From NCBI GenBank assembly GCA_034423055.1, contig DAOUJE010000044.1, positions 6,328 through 70,327 of the forward strand: a stretch of DNA of 64,000 nucleotides, given 5' to 3'. Below the pieces are notes generated by a model, which saw only the letters and a program-made list of their open reading frames with translations, did no database searches and was not told the DNA's origin. Positions 55,121-64,000 of this stretch are shown in pieces. The stretch's first letter is position 1. Every line of letters begins with the position of its first letter. Source of the stretch: Dehalococcoidia bacterium. GTDB lineage: Bacteria > Chloroflexota > Dehalococcoidia > Lucifugimonadales > Lucifugimonadaceae. Position numbers and translations under genes: made by a program.

Positions 55121-57616
55121 TCAGCACTTGCTGTAGCCGCAGGTGTAGCACTTCATGCAACCTTCTTCGTACGCTATTCTCGGATCGAAGCATTCGGGGC
55201 AGGTCTCCGACATGATGTGCGTGCTCTTGCCGACGTTGCTTTCGTGTTCGCCAGATTTTGGCATACCGATCTGGTTTGAACTCGGAGGCTGGAGCAATGC
55301 GGTTTGTGCCGGATCCGTACCAGGTGCCAAACTTCCTCTCGGCGGAGACGATGAGTGTTCGAGCATCACCTTAGCGATGGCGTCCGGTACCGACAGAATC
55401 TGCCGGCCGCGGTCCCATACCGGTGAGTCGACAATGTTGATCAGTTGGTCGATCACATCATCTGGAGACACGCCCGTTCTCAGTCCCAGCGAGATCATAC
55501 GAGAAAGAGCCTCAGCCATCGCGCTGTCGTTTCCACCTGCTTTGCCATGGTTGGTAAAGACCTCGAACGGGAGACCTTCGCTAGTGAATGACAACGTGAC
55601 GTAGATCTTGCCGCGGCCGGTTTCGACCTGCACTGTCTTCGACTCAAGCACTGGAGGGCGTGGCTGTCGGTGCACGTACGCTACCGCACCGTTTTCGGCT
55701 GGCTCGATGCTCGTATCTGCGCTGGCATCGGCATTCTCATTTGTGCCTTTGGTCAAAACCTCTTTTTCGCGACTGCCTGCGCGGTATACGGTGATGCCTT
55801 TGCATCGCGTCTCCCACGCCAACTTGTATGCCTCCTCGACATCCGCTTTGGTAGCTTCGTTCGGGAAGTTGATGGTTTTGGAGATGCCCGCATCGACGCT
55901 CTCTTGGAAAGCCGCTTGCATCAGAACGTGATCGCTCGGGGCGATGTCGGCGGCAACGTGGAACAACTCCTTGATGTCCGCGTCCACATCGTCACGGTCT
56001 TGCAGCGAATCGCCGTTCGCTAGAGCGTCCAAAAGATCCTTGCTGTAGCAGTCGCGCTCTCTCACAACCCTCTCGAAGTTCGAGTCGGCGTAGATCAGCG
56101 TGGTTCCGCCGCCGAGGATGTTTTGCTTTCTGAACGCGAGCGAGAAGATCGGCTCGATGCCGCTTGAGCATCCGGCGATCATCGAAATCGTGCCGGTAGG
56201 AGCTACTGTCAACCTGCAAGCGTTCCTCATGCGCGGATATGATTCGCCGTTCTCGTGCCAAGAACCGTACGGGCCGCGAATCTCAGCCAAGTTCGCAGAC
56301 GCCGTGTCTGACTGTTCCTTGATATAGCGCATGACGTCGCGTCCGATGACAACCGCTTCGGGACTGTCGTATGGGATACCAAGAGCAACAAGCATGTCGG
56401 CAAAACCCATGACGCCCAGTCCGATCTTGCGCGTCTGGAGGTTCATTTCCCTGATTTCAGGGATCGCGTACTCGTTGACATCGATCGTGTTGTCCAAGAA
56501 ATGAACAGCCAACCGAATCGTCTCACCCATGCGGTCCCAGTCGATGCCTGGGAGCTTGTTCAGGGTGTGTGCCTGCATTCCGGCGTACTCGGGTCGAAGC
56601 AGATCAAGCTGCGCCGGACTGCGTTCTATGATGCCGGTGGCTACCTTGCCGACAACGAAATTCGATAGATTTATCGAACCTAGATTGCAGGACTCATACG
56701 GCAGCAACGGCTGTTCTCCGCACGGGTTGGTAGCGGTAATCAATCCGAGATCCAGAACCGGGCTGTTTCGATTCACCTCATCGAGGAAGATCATGCCAGG
56801 CTCACCGTTGAGCCATGCGCCATCAATGATCTTGTCGAACACTTCTCGAGCGTCCTGGCGACCGACTTCGACCTTATTGCTACCGGGATCGGCAGGGTTC
56901 TCGCGGAAGTAAAGCGGGTAGTCTCTACCCCCCACAACGGCGCGCATAAATTCATCCGATACCCCGACCGAGATGTTGAAGTTGTGAATCTCTCCCTCAA
57001 CGCTTTTGCAGGCTATGAACTCGAGAATGTCGGGATGATGAACATCCATGACGGCCATGTTGGCACCGTCGCGTTTTCCGCCTTGTGTCACCAGCCTGGA
57101 AGTAGCAGACAAGTAGCGCAGCGTCTCGACTGGGCCACAAGCTTTGCCATGCGTCGTGGAGATCGACGATCCTTTAGGCCTTAGATCGGAGAGCGCAAAC
57201 CCGGTGCCACCGCCGAACTTCTGCACCATAGCCTGATCGTGCGACGCACGCGTTATACCTTCCATCGTGTCCGTTAAAGGTAGAACGAAGCACGCCGAGA
57301 GTGTGCCCTGACCAGTGCCCGCGTTCATAAGCGTCGGTGAGTTGGGCAGGAAGTCCAGACTCGCCATCATCTGATAGAAACGGTCTGCGATCTGATCGAC
57401 TCGGTCCGGTGTCGCTCCGTAGAGCGTGTCTCCTTTGGCGATAGCGTGCGCGACCCGCTGAAACATGCCCTGCGCGTCTTCCGTGACTCTGTCGTTACGG
57501 TCCCGCACGAAGTAGCGCTTCTCCAATATCACCTCGGCGTTTTCAGAAATCTCCGCCGGCATGAACCCATCATCAGGAATGTCAAGAGTCCGTGTCTCGA
57601 TCGTCGCCTTAGCCAT
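55121..57616 (-). CDS. nrdJ: Adenosylcobalamin-dependent (class II) ribonucleotide reductase with C-terminal Cys-rich zinc ribbon
   Basis: FLPNSPTLMNAG, ATNPCGEQPLLPYESCNLGSINL, C-terminal CPECFDP...CMKCYTCGYSKC. No separate beta-subunit gene is nearby. Confidence 0.85.
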   Translation of the reverse strand: MAKATIETRTLDIPDDGFMPAEISENAEVILEKRYFVRDRNDRVTEDAQGMFQRVAHAIAKGDTLYGATPDRVDQIADRFYQMMASLDFLPNSPTLMNAGTGQGTLSACFVLPLTDTMEGITRASHDQAMVQKFGGGTGFALSDLRPKGSSISTTHGKACGPVETLRYLSATSRLVTQGGKRDGANMAVMDVHHPDILEFIACKSVEGEIHNFNISVGVSDEFMRAVVGGRDYPLYFRENPADPGSNKVEVGRQDAREVFDKIIDGAWLNGEPGMIFLDEVNRNSPVLDLGLITATNPCGEQPLLPYESCNLGSINLSNFVVGKVATGIIERSPAQLDLLRPEYAGMQAHTLNKLPGIDWDRMGETIRLAVHFLDNTIDVNEYAIPEIREMNLQTRKIGLGVMGFADMLVALGIPYDSPEAVVIGRDVMRYIKEQSDTASANLAEIRGPYGSWHENGESYPRMRNACRLTVAPTGTISMIAGCSSGIEPIFSLAFRKQNILGGGTTLIYADSNFERVVRERDCYSKDLLDALANGDSLQDRDDVDADIKELFHVAADIAPSDHVLMQAAFQESVDAGISKTINFPNEATKADVEEAYKLAWETRCKGITVYRAGSREKEVLTKGTNENADASADTSIEPAENGAVAYVHRQPRPPVLESKTVQVETGRGKIYVTLSFTSEGLPFEVFTNHGKAGGNDSAMAEALSRMISLGLRTGVSPDDVIDQLINIVDSPVWDRGRQILSVPDAIAKVMLEHSSSPPRGSLAPGTDPAQTALLQPPSSNQIGMPKSGEHESNVGKSTHIMSETCPECFDPRIAYEEGCMKCYTCGYSKC

Positions 57617-57634
57617 GTATGTCTCCCATTTTGG

Positions 57635-57662
57635 TCACTGATTGATTGGGATCAATCAGTGA
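57635..57662. promoter_or_regulatory. Perfect 12-bp inverted repeat between nrdR and nrdJ
   Basis: tcactgattgat-tggg-atcaatcagtga; 15 nt after the nrdR stop and 18 nt before the nrdJ ATG. Confidence 0.6.
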
Positions 57663-57676
57663 CGGGTAATTGATAG

Positions 57677-58228
57677 TTACGAAGCCGCCGTCGCCTTTGA
57701 GCGATTTCGACGGTTTGAGTGCCGGATCGCTGGCCTTAATGGACTGGGCAACAAGGTGCCTTGCAGATCGGATGCTTCCGAAGCGGCACGGCCTAGCATG
57801 TCAACCTCAGCAGCGAATCGTTCCGGGTCTTCGAAGTCGTTGTAAACCGACGCAAACCGCAGATATGCAACATCGTCAAGCATTTTCAAATGGTTAAGAA
57901 CCATCTCGCCTATGATCCCGGATTCGATTCGGTCGCGTCCTTCGTTGACAGCTCGTTGTTGGATCTCTTCCACAATCTCTTCGATCGCGCCTACTGGCAG
58001 ATACCTTTTGGCACACGCTATCCGAATGCTTCTCGTCAGTTTCTCTGTCGAAAATGCCTCTAATTTGCCGCTCCGCTTTGCAACCATCAACCGTGTATTG
58101 TACACACGTTCTAACGTTGTGAAGCGAACCGAACAGTCGGCGCACTCGCGGCGACGGCGAACCAAGTCGTCTCTGACACGCGTGTCGAGGACGCGAGTTT
58201 CCGGATGTCTACAGTCTGGACAGTGCAT
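57677..58228 (-). CDS. nrdR: Transcriptional repressor NrdR
   Basis: MHCPDCRHPETRVLDTRV...CADCSVRFTTLE (zinc ribbon), then an ATP-cone. Confidence 0.9.
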   Translation of the reverse strand: MHCPDCRHPETRVLDTRVRDDLVRRRRECADCSVRFTTLERVYNTRLMVAKRSGKLEAFSTEKLTRSIRIACAKRYLPVGAIEEIVEEIQQRAVNEGRDRIESGIIGEMVLNHLKMLDDVAYLRFASVYNDFEDPERFAAEVDMLGRAASEASDLQGTLLPSPLRPAIRHSNRRNRSKATAAS

Positions 58229-58493
58229 CACGATCTGGCTCCTGGCTCTCGCAGGATGCCGATCCTAGTTCCCATTCCTATCGTCGAAGCACCACATCTA
58301 GTGCTCGTAGCGAAAAATATACTACATGCCCGATGTCACGCGCACAGATTTTTATCTGCAATTTACAAGGAATTGCGACAATCACGCGTTCGATCTTCAA
58401 CGATGATTCGAGCCGCTGGTATGAGCGTCAACTACGATTCCGATTGCTGAAACTGAAACAGAGTGCGTGAATCGTAAGACTTAGCGTACGGGA

Positions 58494-59690
58494 TTACCGG
58501 TCCTTGATAAAACGCTGATACTCGCGTTCTATCGACCGATGCGAAGGCGGGACATTCAAATTGCTACTGTCTTCAAGGGCGGCTCTGGCTTTTTGCGCCC
58601 GTTCTTCACCGTACGCGTCAACACCCGAAATATCTTCGAATCCGGTTGCGATGATGGTGATCTTCAACTCGTTCTCCATCCGGAGGTCTTGAGTCGTGCC
58701 AAAAATGATCTCCGCGTCAGGATGGACCTGCTCTTTCACGGTCTCCGAGATCTTTCGAACTTCCGCCATCATCAAATCGGGACCGCTAGTGATGTTGAAC
58801 AGTACTCCCGTAGCACCGTCGATCTTGACTTCCAGCAAGGGTGAACTGAGGGCCGACGTTATCGCGGCGTTCGTGCGATCAATTCCGTTTCCCTTGCCGA
58901 TCGCCATCCACGCGGGACCAGCGTCCCGCATCACCGTCCTAAGGTCCGCGAAATCTAAATTGATCTCGCCAGGAAGCAACAGCAAGTCGGTGATCGACTG
59001 GATGCCCTGCCGCAAAACCTCGTCCGCCATCCGAAACGCTACCTCAACCGATGTGTCAGGCGCCGATACTAGAAGCAACCGTTCGTTCGGAATCACGATC
59101 ATCGTATCGACTTCTTCGGCCAGGCGGTTCAAACCCTCAGCAGCTTGTTGGTCCCGCTGATACCCCTCGAAGGGAAACGGTTTAGTGACCACGCCGATCG
59201 TCAAGCAACCAAGTTCACGCTTAGCGATGTTCGCCACTACCGGCGCACCGCCGGTGCCAGTGCCACCACCCATCCCGGCAGCTATGAAAACCAGATCCGC
59301 GCCACTTAAAACATCGCGTATCTCTTCGCGGCTATCAAAGAAACACTCTCGTCCGATCTGAGGATTCCCGCCGACACCGAGTCCGCCGGCGATACGATCG
59401 CCGACGCGCAACCGTATCGACGCTTCAGTGTACGCGAGCGCTTGTGCATCAGTGTTCGCTGCGATGTACTCGACGCTCGGTATCCGACTTCGGTACATGC
59501 GTGTAAGCGCGTTTGAGCCGCCGCCGCCAACGCCTACAACCTTGATGTTGACCGACGGATTGCGCCTGCGCCTGATTGACGTTGATAACGTGGTTGTCAA
59601 CTTGAACTGATGCGCCCTTCGACACGCGAGCAACCACTCAATAAGCCTACGTGCTAATAGCGTAGCGACACGCGCTTCGTAGCCGCTCAA
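58494..59690 (-). CDS. ftsZ: Cell division protein FtsZ (canonical)
   Basis: [57 protein letters not shown]. Start uncertain: the longest ORF uses TTG at 59690, and a TTG at 59600 would give a more typical N-terminus. Confidence 0.9.
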   Translation of the reverse strand: MSGYEARVATLLARRLIEWLLACRRAHQFKLTTTLSTSIRRRRNPSVNIKVVGVGGGGSNALTRMYRSRIPSVEYIAANTDAQALAYTEASIRLRVGDRIAGGLGVGGNPQIGRECFFDSREEIRDVLSGADLVFIAAGMGGGTGTGGAPVVANIAKRELGCLTIGVVTKPFPFEGYQRDQQAAEGLNRLAEEVDTMIVIPNERLLLVSAPDTSVEVAFRMADEVLRQGIQSITDLLLLPGEINLDFADLRTVMRDAGPAWMAIGKGNGIDRTNAAITSALSSPLLEVKIDGATGVLFNITSGPDLMMAEVRKISETVKEQVHPDAEIIFGTTQDLRMENELKITIIATGFEDISGVDAYGEERAQKARAALEDSSNLNVPPSHRSIEREYQRFIKDR

Positions 59691-59794
59691 CTTAACTTTA
59701 CACTTACAGCGCTTGCTGTTGAAGGGCGTGAAATTCAGTCACGCCTGCACTCACGCGTCAGACTCGCCTGTTGATCCGCGCTTATCGCGGATGC

Positions 59795-61126
59795 CTATCG
59801 ACCGAGCAGAGAGCGTATCTTGGCACCAACACCAGCCGGCTCGCGATCGCCCCGCGCAGGTTCCTCATCATCTTCTGAAATAGTAGTGTGCAGTATCGTT
59901 ATCGGTTTGCGTTCGACATGGTTGTCGCGGTCGATACGGTCCAAAGCCCTCAGGCCCATACAGATGGCGCCTGACATCGACGGGTCGCTGACATCATCAG
60001 GCAGACTCTTGATGCCCATCGGTTTGCGAACTTCAACGCGGCCCCGCAGCCCCATGGTGACCTTCGCAAATGTGGTGAGCCCCGTCAATTTGGCACCGCC
60101 GCCAGTGAATACCACTGTGAGGAAATCGGTGTCGGGAAGATTCGGGACTTGCGATATCCGCGACTTGTACATCGTCATCGTCTCGGCGGCTCGTTCCTTG
60201 AGCAAGTTGGATACCGATACTCGTGTAAGTGAACGTTCAACGTCGATGAGTGAGCGCTCAACATCGATTACCCGTTCCGAACCCGTAAGCGCCGTCGGGT
60301 CGATCTCATCATCGAAGCCGATCGCATCACCGACGAGAGTGCCGGCGGCAAGCTTCACCGCTTCTGCGTTCTCGAAGGGTAGCTCGTATGCGTACGAGAT
60401 GTCGTTGGTGAAATGGAATCCGCCGATCGGCAAAGAGCTGAACACCGCGGCCCTGCCGTGGTTGTAAATCGCGATCTCAGTATCGCTCCCTCCGATGTCG
60501 ATCAGCACCACGCCCGCGTCGCGCTCGTACGCGCTCAACAAGTACTCGGATTCCGCTACTAGTGTCGAACCACCATGGATCGGTGTCACCCCTGCACTTT
60601 CAACCGCGCCGAACACGGTACGGTAATGCTCCATATCAGAGACAACCAACAATGCTTGGACTTCCAAGCTCTCTGGATGCATACCCACTGGCGGCTTGCG
60701 GAACTCGGTGCCGTCGTCGACGCGATAAGCTGTTGGCGTCGCGTAGAGGAGATGGTCCGTTGCCTCGATCCGTTCGTTGGCAGCCAAACGAACCGCCTGC
60801 ACAATATCCTCCTCGGTCACTCCGGCTGCGAAATCGAAACCGCTGACTCGACCCCATCCCGAATATGAATCGACGTGTTTCCCGCCAAAGCCGACGTACG
60901 CCTTGTTGAACTTCAGGGAGCACTGATTCGACACCTCTTCCACTGACGTTCGGACCGCCGCGGTCGCCTCGTTCCGATTCATGACATCGCCATCGTGTAT
61001 CGATTCGCTCGGTAAAACGTCGATCGCCAAAATCTCCGGCTCGTTGTAGTTGTCCCGGCGGATAACTACACTGCAAACCTTACTGCTACCGACGTCGATT
61101 GCTAGTCGAATATCTTCGTTGTACAT
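59795..61126 (-). CDS. ftsA: Cell division protein FtsA
   Basis: LAIDVGSSKVCSVV, VLIDIGGSDTEIAIY, VVFTGGGAKLTGL (actin-fold phosphate motifs). Confidence 0.85.
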   Translation of the reverse strand: MYNEDIRLAIDVGSSKVCSVVIRRDNYNEPEILAIDVLPSESIHDGDVMNRNEATAAVRTSVEEVSNQCSLKFNKAYVGFGGKHVDSYSGWGRVSGFDFAAGVTEEDIVQAVRLAANERIEATDHLLYATPTAYRVDDGTEFRKPPVGMHPESLEVQALLVVSDMEHYRTVFGAVESAGVTPIHGGSTLVAESEYLLSAYERDAGVVLIDIGGSDTEIAIYNHGRAAVFSSLPIGGFHFTNDISYAYELPFENAEAVKLAAGTLVGDAIGFDDEIDPTALTGSERVIDVERSLIDVERSLTRVSVSNLLKERAAETMTMYKSRISQVPNLPDTDFLTVVFTGGGAKLTGLTTFAKVTMGLRGRVEVRKPMGIKSLPDDVSDPSMSGAICMGLRALDRIDRDNHVERKPITILHTTISEDDEEPARGDREPAGVGAKIRSLLGR

Positions 61127-61175
61127 CTGGCTCGATGCTCCTTCAATCTATGAATCCTTGCAACGTAGTTGCTTT

Positions 61176-62162
61176 TCAGATACGGCTCGCTACTCGAAGT
61201 TTGGCACTACGGCTGCGTGGGTTGGCATTAACCTCCGACACCGTCGGTGTCAGCACCCCTCTTATCACCGGCTTAAGCGTGGGAGTGTGGTTGCAAGTGC
61301 AGAGGGGCGATTGCCTCCCCTCCGAATCGCAGATGCAATCCGACGCCGCGGCGCGAAAGAAGTTTTTCACTATCCGGTCTTCTAATGAATGGTACGAAAT
61401 CACAACTATCCTTCCACCCGTTCCTGTTACATTTACTGCCTGTTCCAAGCCTGCCTTCAGCGCAACCATCTCATCGTTGACCGCGATCCTCAGCGCTTGA
61501 AATGTCTGAGTGGCTGAGTGGATCCCTCGGCGACCGCGCCGCTTGACCGATGAGACGATATCCGCAAGTTGCAATGCATTCTGGACTGGCCGGTTCTTGA
61601 CGATCGCCGATGCGATGCGACGTGAAGCACGTTCATCCCCGTAGCGATAGATGATGTCTCCGAGCTCGCGTTCTGGATATTGATTCACTATCTTGTTGGC
61701 ATCCAGACCGCCGTCATTTGAAAACCTCATGTCGAGTGGATCGGAACGGCGGAACGAAAAACCGCGCGACTCGCGGTCCAACTGCAACGATGACACGCCG
61801 AGGTCCATCAACACTCCGTGAACTGGAGCGAAATCGTAACGCGTTGCAATCGCCTGCATCTCTGCAAAGTTTTCGTTCACGATCCGCACCAATGAGCCGA
61901 ATTCTTCGAGACGTTTTTGAGCCGAAGCTACAGCTTCTGGGTCCGCATCGATGCCGATCAGCTGCCCGCCTGGCGATGAGATATGCAATATCGCTCTGGC
62001 GTGTCCCCCTTCACCCAACGTCGCATCGATATAGCGTCCGCCAGGAATTACTTGCAAGGCATCCAAAACCTCGGATAGCATCACAGGTTCATGGAAATCC
62101 GGATGATTTCCTGACTGGTTCCCGCTCATTTCAGTCACGGTCAATTGGTGATTTACAACCAT
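61176..62162 (-). CDS. rsmH: 16S rRNA (cytosine1402-N4)-methyltransferase
   Basis: HEPVMLSEVLDAL, YIDATLGEGGHA, DLGVSSLQLD, ISYHSLEDRIVK. Confidence 0.9.
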   Translation of the reverse strand: MVVNHQLTVTEMSGNQSGNHPDFHEPVMLSEVLDALQVIPGGRYIDATLGEGGHARAILHISSPGGQLIGIDADPEAVASAQKRLEEFGSLVRIVNENFAEMQAIATRYDFAPVHGVLMDLGVSSLQLDRESRGFSFRRSDPLDMRFSNDGGLDANKIVNQYPERELGDIIYRYGDERASRRIASAIVKNRPVQNALQLADIVSSVKRRGRRGIHSATQTFQALRIAVNDEMVALKAGLEQAVNVTGTGGRIVVISYHSLEDRIVKNFFRAAASDCICDSEGRQSPLCTCNHTPTLKPVIRGVLTPTVSEVNANPRSRSAKLRVASRI

Positions 62163-62368
62163 TCGGCTGTATCAAGATCGATCAAAGGCGGCGCAGATTT
62201 GACCTCAGCACCCAATCCGGCACTACGATTTGGAGCGCGCAAACCGATTGGGGTATTGTTTCCCTTCGAGATTCTAGGATTCGGCTTTTAGGTGATTCCA
62301 CACGCGTCGCCGCGTTTACGTCGCAATATCATGGTGTGTAAAGCGCAAACCAAACATCAAGGCAATCC

Positions 62369-62890
62369 ATGGCTAGAGGTATAAGATACGCAGTCCTCAC
62401 CAGCAGCGATTCCGGGCACGCTGGCGAACGGCAAGACATCGGCGGTGATGCCATCGTAGATGTAATGGACAGCAAAGGCCACGTGCTAGCGCAAAGGTCC
62501 TTGTTGCCTGACGACCTCGACAGCTTGACGGGGCAACTTCAAGAATGGTCCGACGACGTAGATGTCGATCTGATTTTGACTACTGGGGGAACCGGCTTGG
62601 CACCACGCGACATCATGCCCGAAGCCACTTTATCTGTAATCGACTACCAAGTTCCGGGCATGGCTGAAGCTATGCGCGCGGCATCTTTGCAGATAACGAA
62701 TATGGCCATGCTGTCTCGCGCTGTAGTCGGAGTCGCGAACCGAACGTTGATCGTAAACCTTCCGGGCAACCCTAAAGGTGCCATCGAGACTCTCCACATC
62801 GTGCTTCCCGTACTGCCACACGCGATTGAAATCATGTGCGACACCCGCCGCGGCGACCATCCGATCCATCCAGATACTCATTCCCACTAA
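62369..62890 (+). CDS. MogA/MoaB family molybdenum cofactor biosynthesis protein
   Basis: DLILTTGGTGLAPRDIMPEAT, NLPGNPKGA. Confidence 0.8.
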   Translation: MARGIRYAVLTSSDSGHAGERQDIGGDAIVDVMDSKGHVLAQRSLLPDDLDSLTGQLQEWSDDVDVDLILTTGGTGLAPRDIMPEATLSVIDYQVPGMAEAMRAASLQITNMAMLSRAVVGVANRTLIVNLPGNPKGAIETLHIVLPVLPHAIEIMCDTRRGDHPIHPDTHSH

Positions 62891-62908
62891 CTCGTCCGCT
62901 GAACCGTC

Positions 62909-63622
62909 GTGAAGTTTCACGTAGTAACACTCTTTCCCGAGATGTTTGAAGGTCCGCTGACGTCAAGCATCATCGGACGGGCAATCGCAAACAACACCAT
63001 CGAATTTGACTTTGTCAACCCGCGCGACTTCGCCACGGACAGACATCGCTCAGTTGACGCCCCACCGTACGGCGGCGGTCCCGGGATGGTGATGATGCCA
63101 GCGCCGCTCGCAAAAGCCGTCGATTCCATCAACCGCGAATACTCACCAAATGCACATCCGACGACGATGTTGATGTCGCCACAGGGCAGCCCGATGACGC
63201 ATCAACTGGCGCAACACTTCTCGAAGATCGATGCCTTGACGCTGGTCTGTGGACACTACGAAGGCGTCGACGAGCGCTTCATTGAAGAGTGCATCGACAT
63301 CGAAGTTAGTGTCGGCGATTTCGTGATGACTGGAGGCGAGATTCCGGCGATGGCCGTCATCGACGCGGTTGCGCGACTAGTCCCTGCCGTGTTGGGCGAT
63401 TCGGAATCTACGGAAGAAGAATCGTTTTCGAATCAGATCGGCGGGATATTGGAAGGCCCCGTCTACACGCGTCCTGCGGTGTTCCGAGGACGTCGGGTTC
63501 CTGATGTGCTGCTGAACGGCAACCGACACGAGGTCGAACGTTATCGCAAGAGAATCGCTGCTGAACGCACAATGGCTCGGAGACCCGATTTGATGCAAGG
63601 TTGGGGACCTGAGACCGAATAA
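62909..63622 (+). CDS. trmD: tRNA (guanine37-N1)-methyltransferase
   Basis: FHVVTLFPEMFEGPL, VDAPPYGGGPGMVM, CGHYEGVDERF. GTG start. Confidence 0.9.
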   Translation: MKFHVVTLFPEMFEGPLTSSIIGRAIANNTIEFDFVNPRDFATDRHRSVDAPPYGGGPGMVMMPAPLAKAVDSINREYSPNAHPTTMLMSPQGSPMTHQLAQHFSKIDALTLVCGHYEGVDERFIEECIDIEVSVGDFVMTGGEIPAMAVIDAVARLVPAVLGDSESTEEESFSNQIGGILEGPVYTRPAVFRGRRVPDVLLNGNRHEVERYRKRIAAERTMARRPDLMQGWGPETE

Positions 63623-63634
63623 ACTACGAAGATT

Positions 63635-63907
63635 TCAATCCTTCAAGTTCCGCGGCAAATCCAACGGATCAGCATCAATTTCCACGATTTTGTCGCGCGA
63701 TTTAGTCCCTATCATAATTCGAATCTTCGATTTCGGCACTTTGAACGCCTCGGATATCAGCTTGATCATCGCTTCATTCGCGGCATTGCTCACTGGTGCC
63801 GCTTTGACTCTTACCTCCAACGCACCGCTCTCCCGGTCTCGAGCAACGATTCGAGATTCCGACGAGCGCGGCTTTAGCTGGGCGGCAATCCTAAAGCTAC
63901 CGGTCAT
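63635..63907 (-). CDS. DUF167 (YggU-like) family protein
   Basis: LEVRVKAAPVSNAANEAMIKLISEAFKVPKSKIRIMIGTKSRDKIVEI. Confidence 0.7.
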   Translation of the reverse strand: MTGSFRIAAQLKPRSSESRIVARDRESGALEVRVKAAPVSNAANEAMIKLISEAFKVPKSKIRIMIGTKSRDKIVEIDADPLDLPRNLKD

Positions 63908-64000
63908 CGCCTTCCGTTCTCGTCGTCACTTCGCCGCTCGCAACTGCTCTCAGCATCCCGCTCGATTCCCGGATCAATAATCGACCAAATTCATCAACGT

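Noticed and set aside
57635-57662. The 12-bp inverted repeat as an intrinsic terminator of nrdR
   Set aside because: No U-tract follows on the transcribed strand, and the nrdJ SD and start follow within 18 nt. It is kept as a regulatory or structural candidate instead.
63897-64000. Open minus-strand frame at the right edge (...VDEFGRLLIRESSGMLRAVASGEVTTRTEGDDR, stop at 63897-63899, overlapping the DUF167 start)
   Set aside because: Only 34 codons are visible and no motif is recognisable. It is plausibly the 3' end of an upstream gene but cannot be supported.

Overview
Dense, mostly housekeeping bacterial window with about 53 CDS and 1 tRNA. GC looks moderately high by eye. Gene content, lipoprotein style and repeat style hint at a Chloroflexota-like marine or symbiont lineage, but that is only a guess. 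All product calls come from motif recognition in my own or the supplied translations; no searches were run.

Layout, left to right:
- 1-9712 (-): one uninterrupted frame encoding the 5' part of a type I polyketide synthase (KS-AT-DH-cMT-ER-KR-ACP-KS-degenerate AT...). It is open at the window edge, which is why it is missing from the closed-ORF track.
- An Opp/Dpp-type peptide ABC importer, tRNA-Ser(GCU), an ABC-2 exporter and a MoaD-MoaE fusion.
- rpsP plus a KH-domain gene, yebC-like, nadC, dtd and an FmdB zinc ribbon.
- A thioredoxin-domain DUF255 protein, and just upstream of it on the minus strand a thioredoxin-like/NHL-repeat gene interrupted by one in-frame TGA.
- An RDD protein, an SDR epimerase, a divergent FtsZ paralogue and an MmcB-like PD-(D/E)XK protein.
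- An aminotransferase, methyltransferases, a TPR lipoprotein, holA, ychF-like, hemW-like, selB plus a coupled unknown ORF, a zincin-like protein and nfo.
- secDF, def, priA, rplS, proC, an ABC-2 exporter, pdxA, nrdR-nrdJ, a minimal rsmH-ftsA-ftsZ division cluster, mogA-like, trmD and DUF167.

Most interesting points:
1. The TGA at 26109-26111 sits in the redox motif (C-U-I-N-C) of an NHLRC2-like protein. A perfect hairpin lies 18 nt downstream and selB is in the same window, so this is probably a selenoprotein.
2. A second FtsZ-family gene has a degenerate GTP-binding signature.
3. The PKS has a fully reducing, C-methylating first module. Its second-module AT lacks the catalytic GHSxG serine.
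4. A family of GC-rich palindromic repeats fills intergenic regions, and one copy appears to be inserted in frame inside priA.
5. A perfect 12-bp inverted repeat lies between nrdR and nrdJ.

No CRISPR array, rRNA, transposase, integrase or tRNA-Sec was seen.
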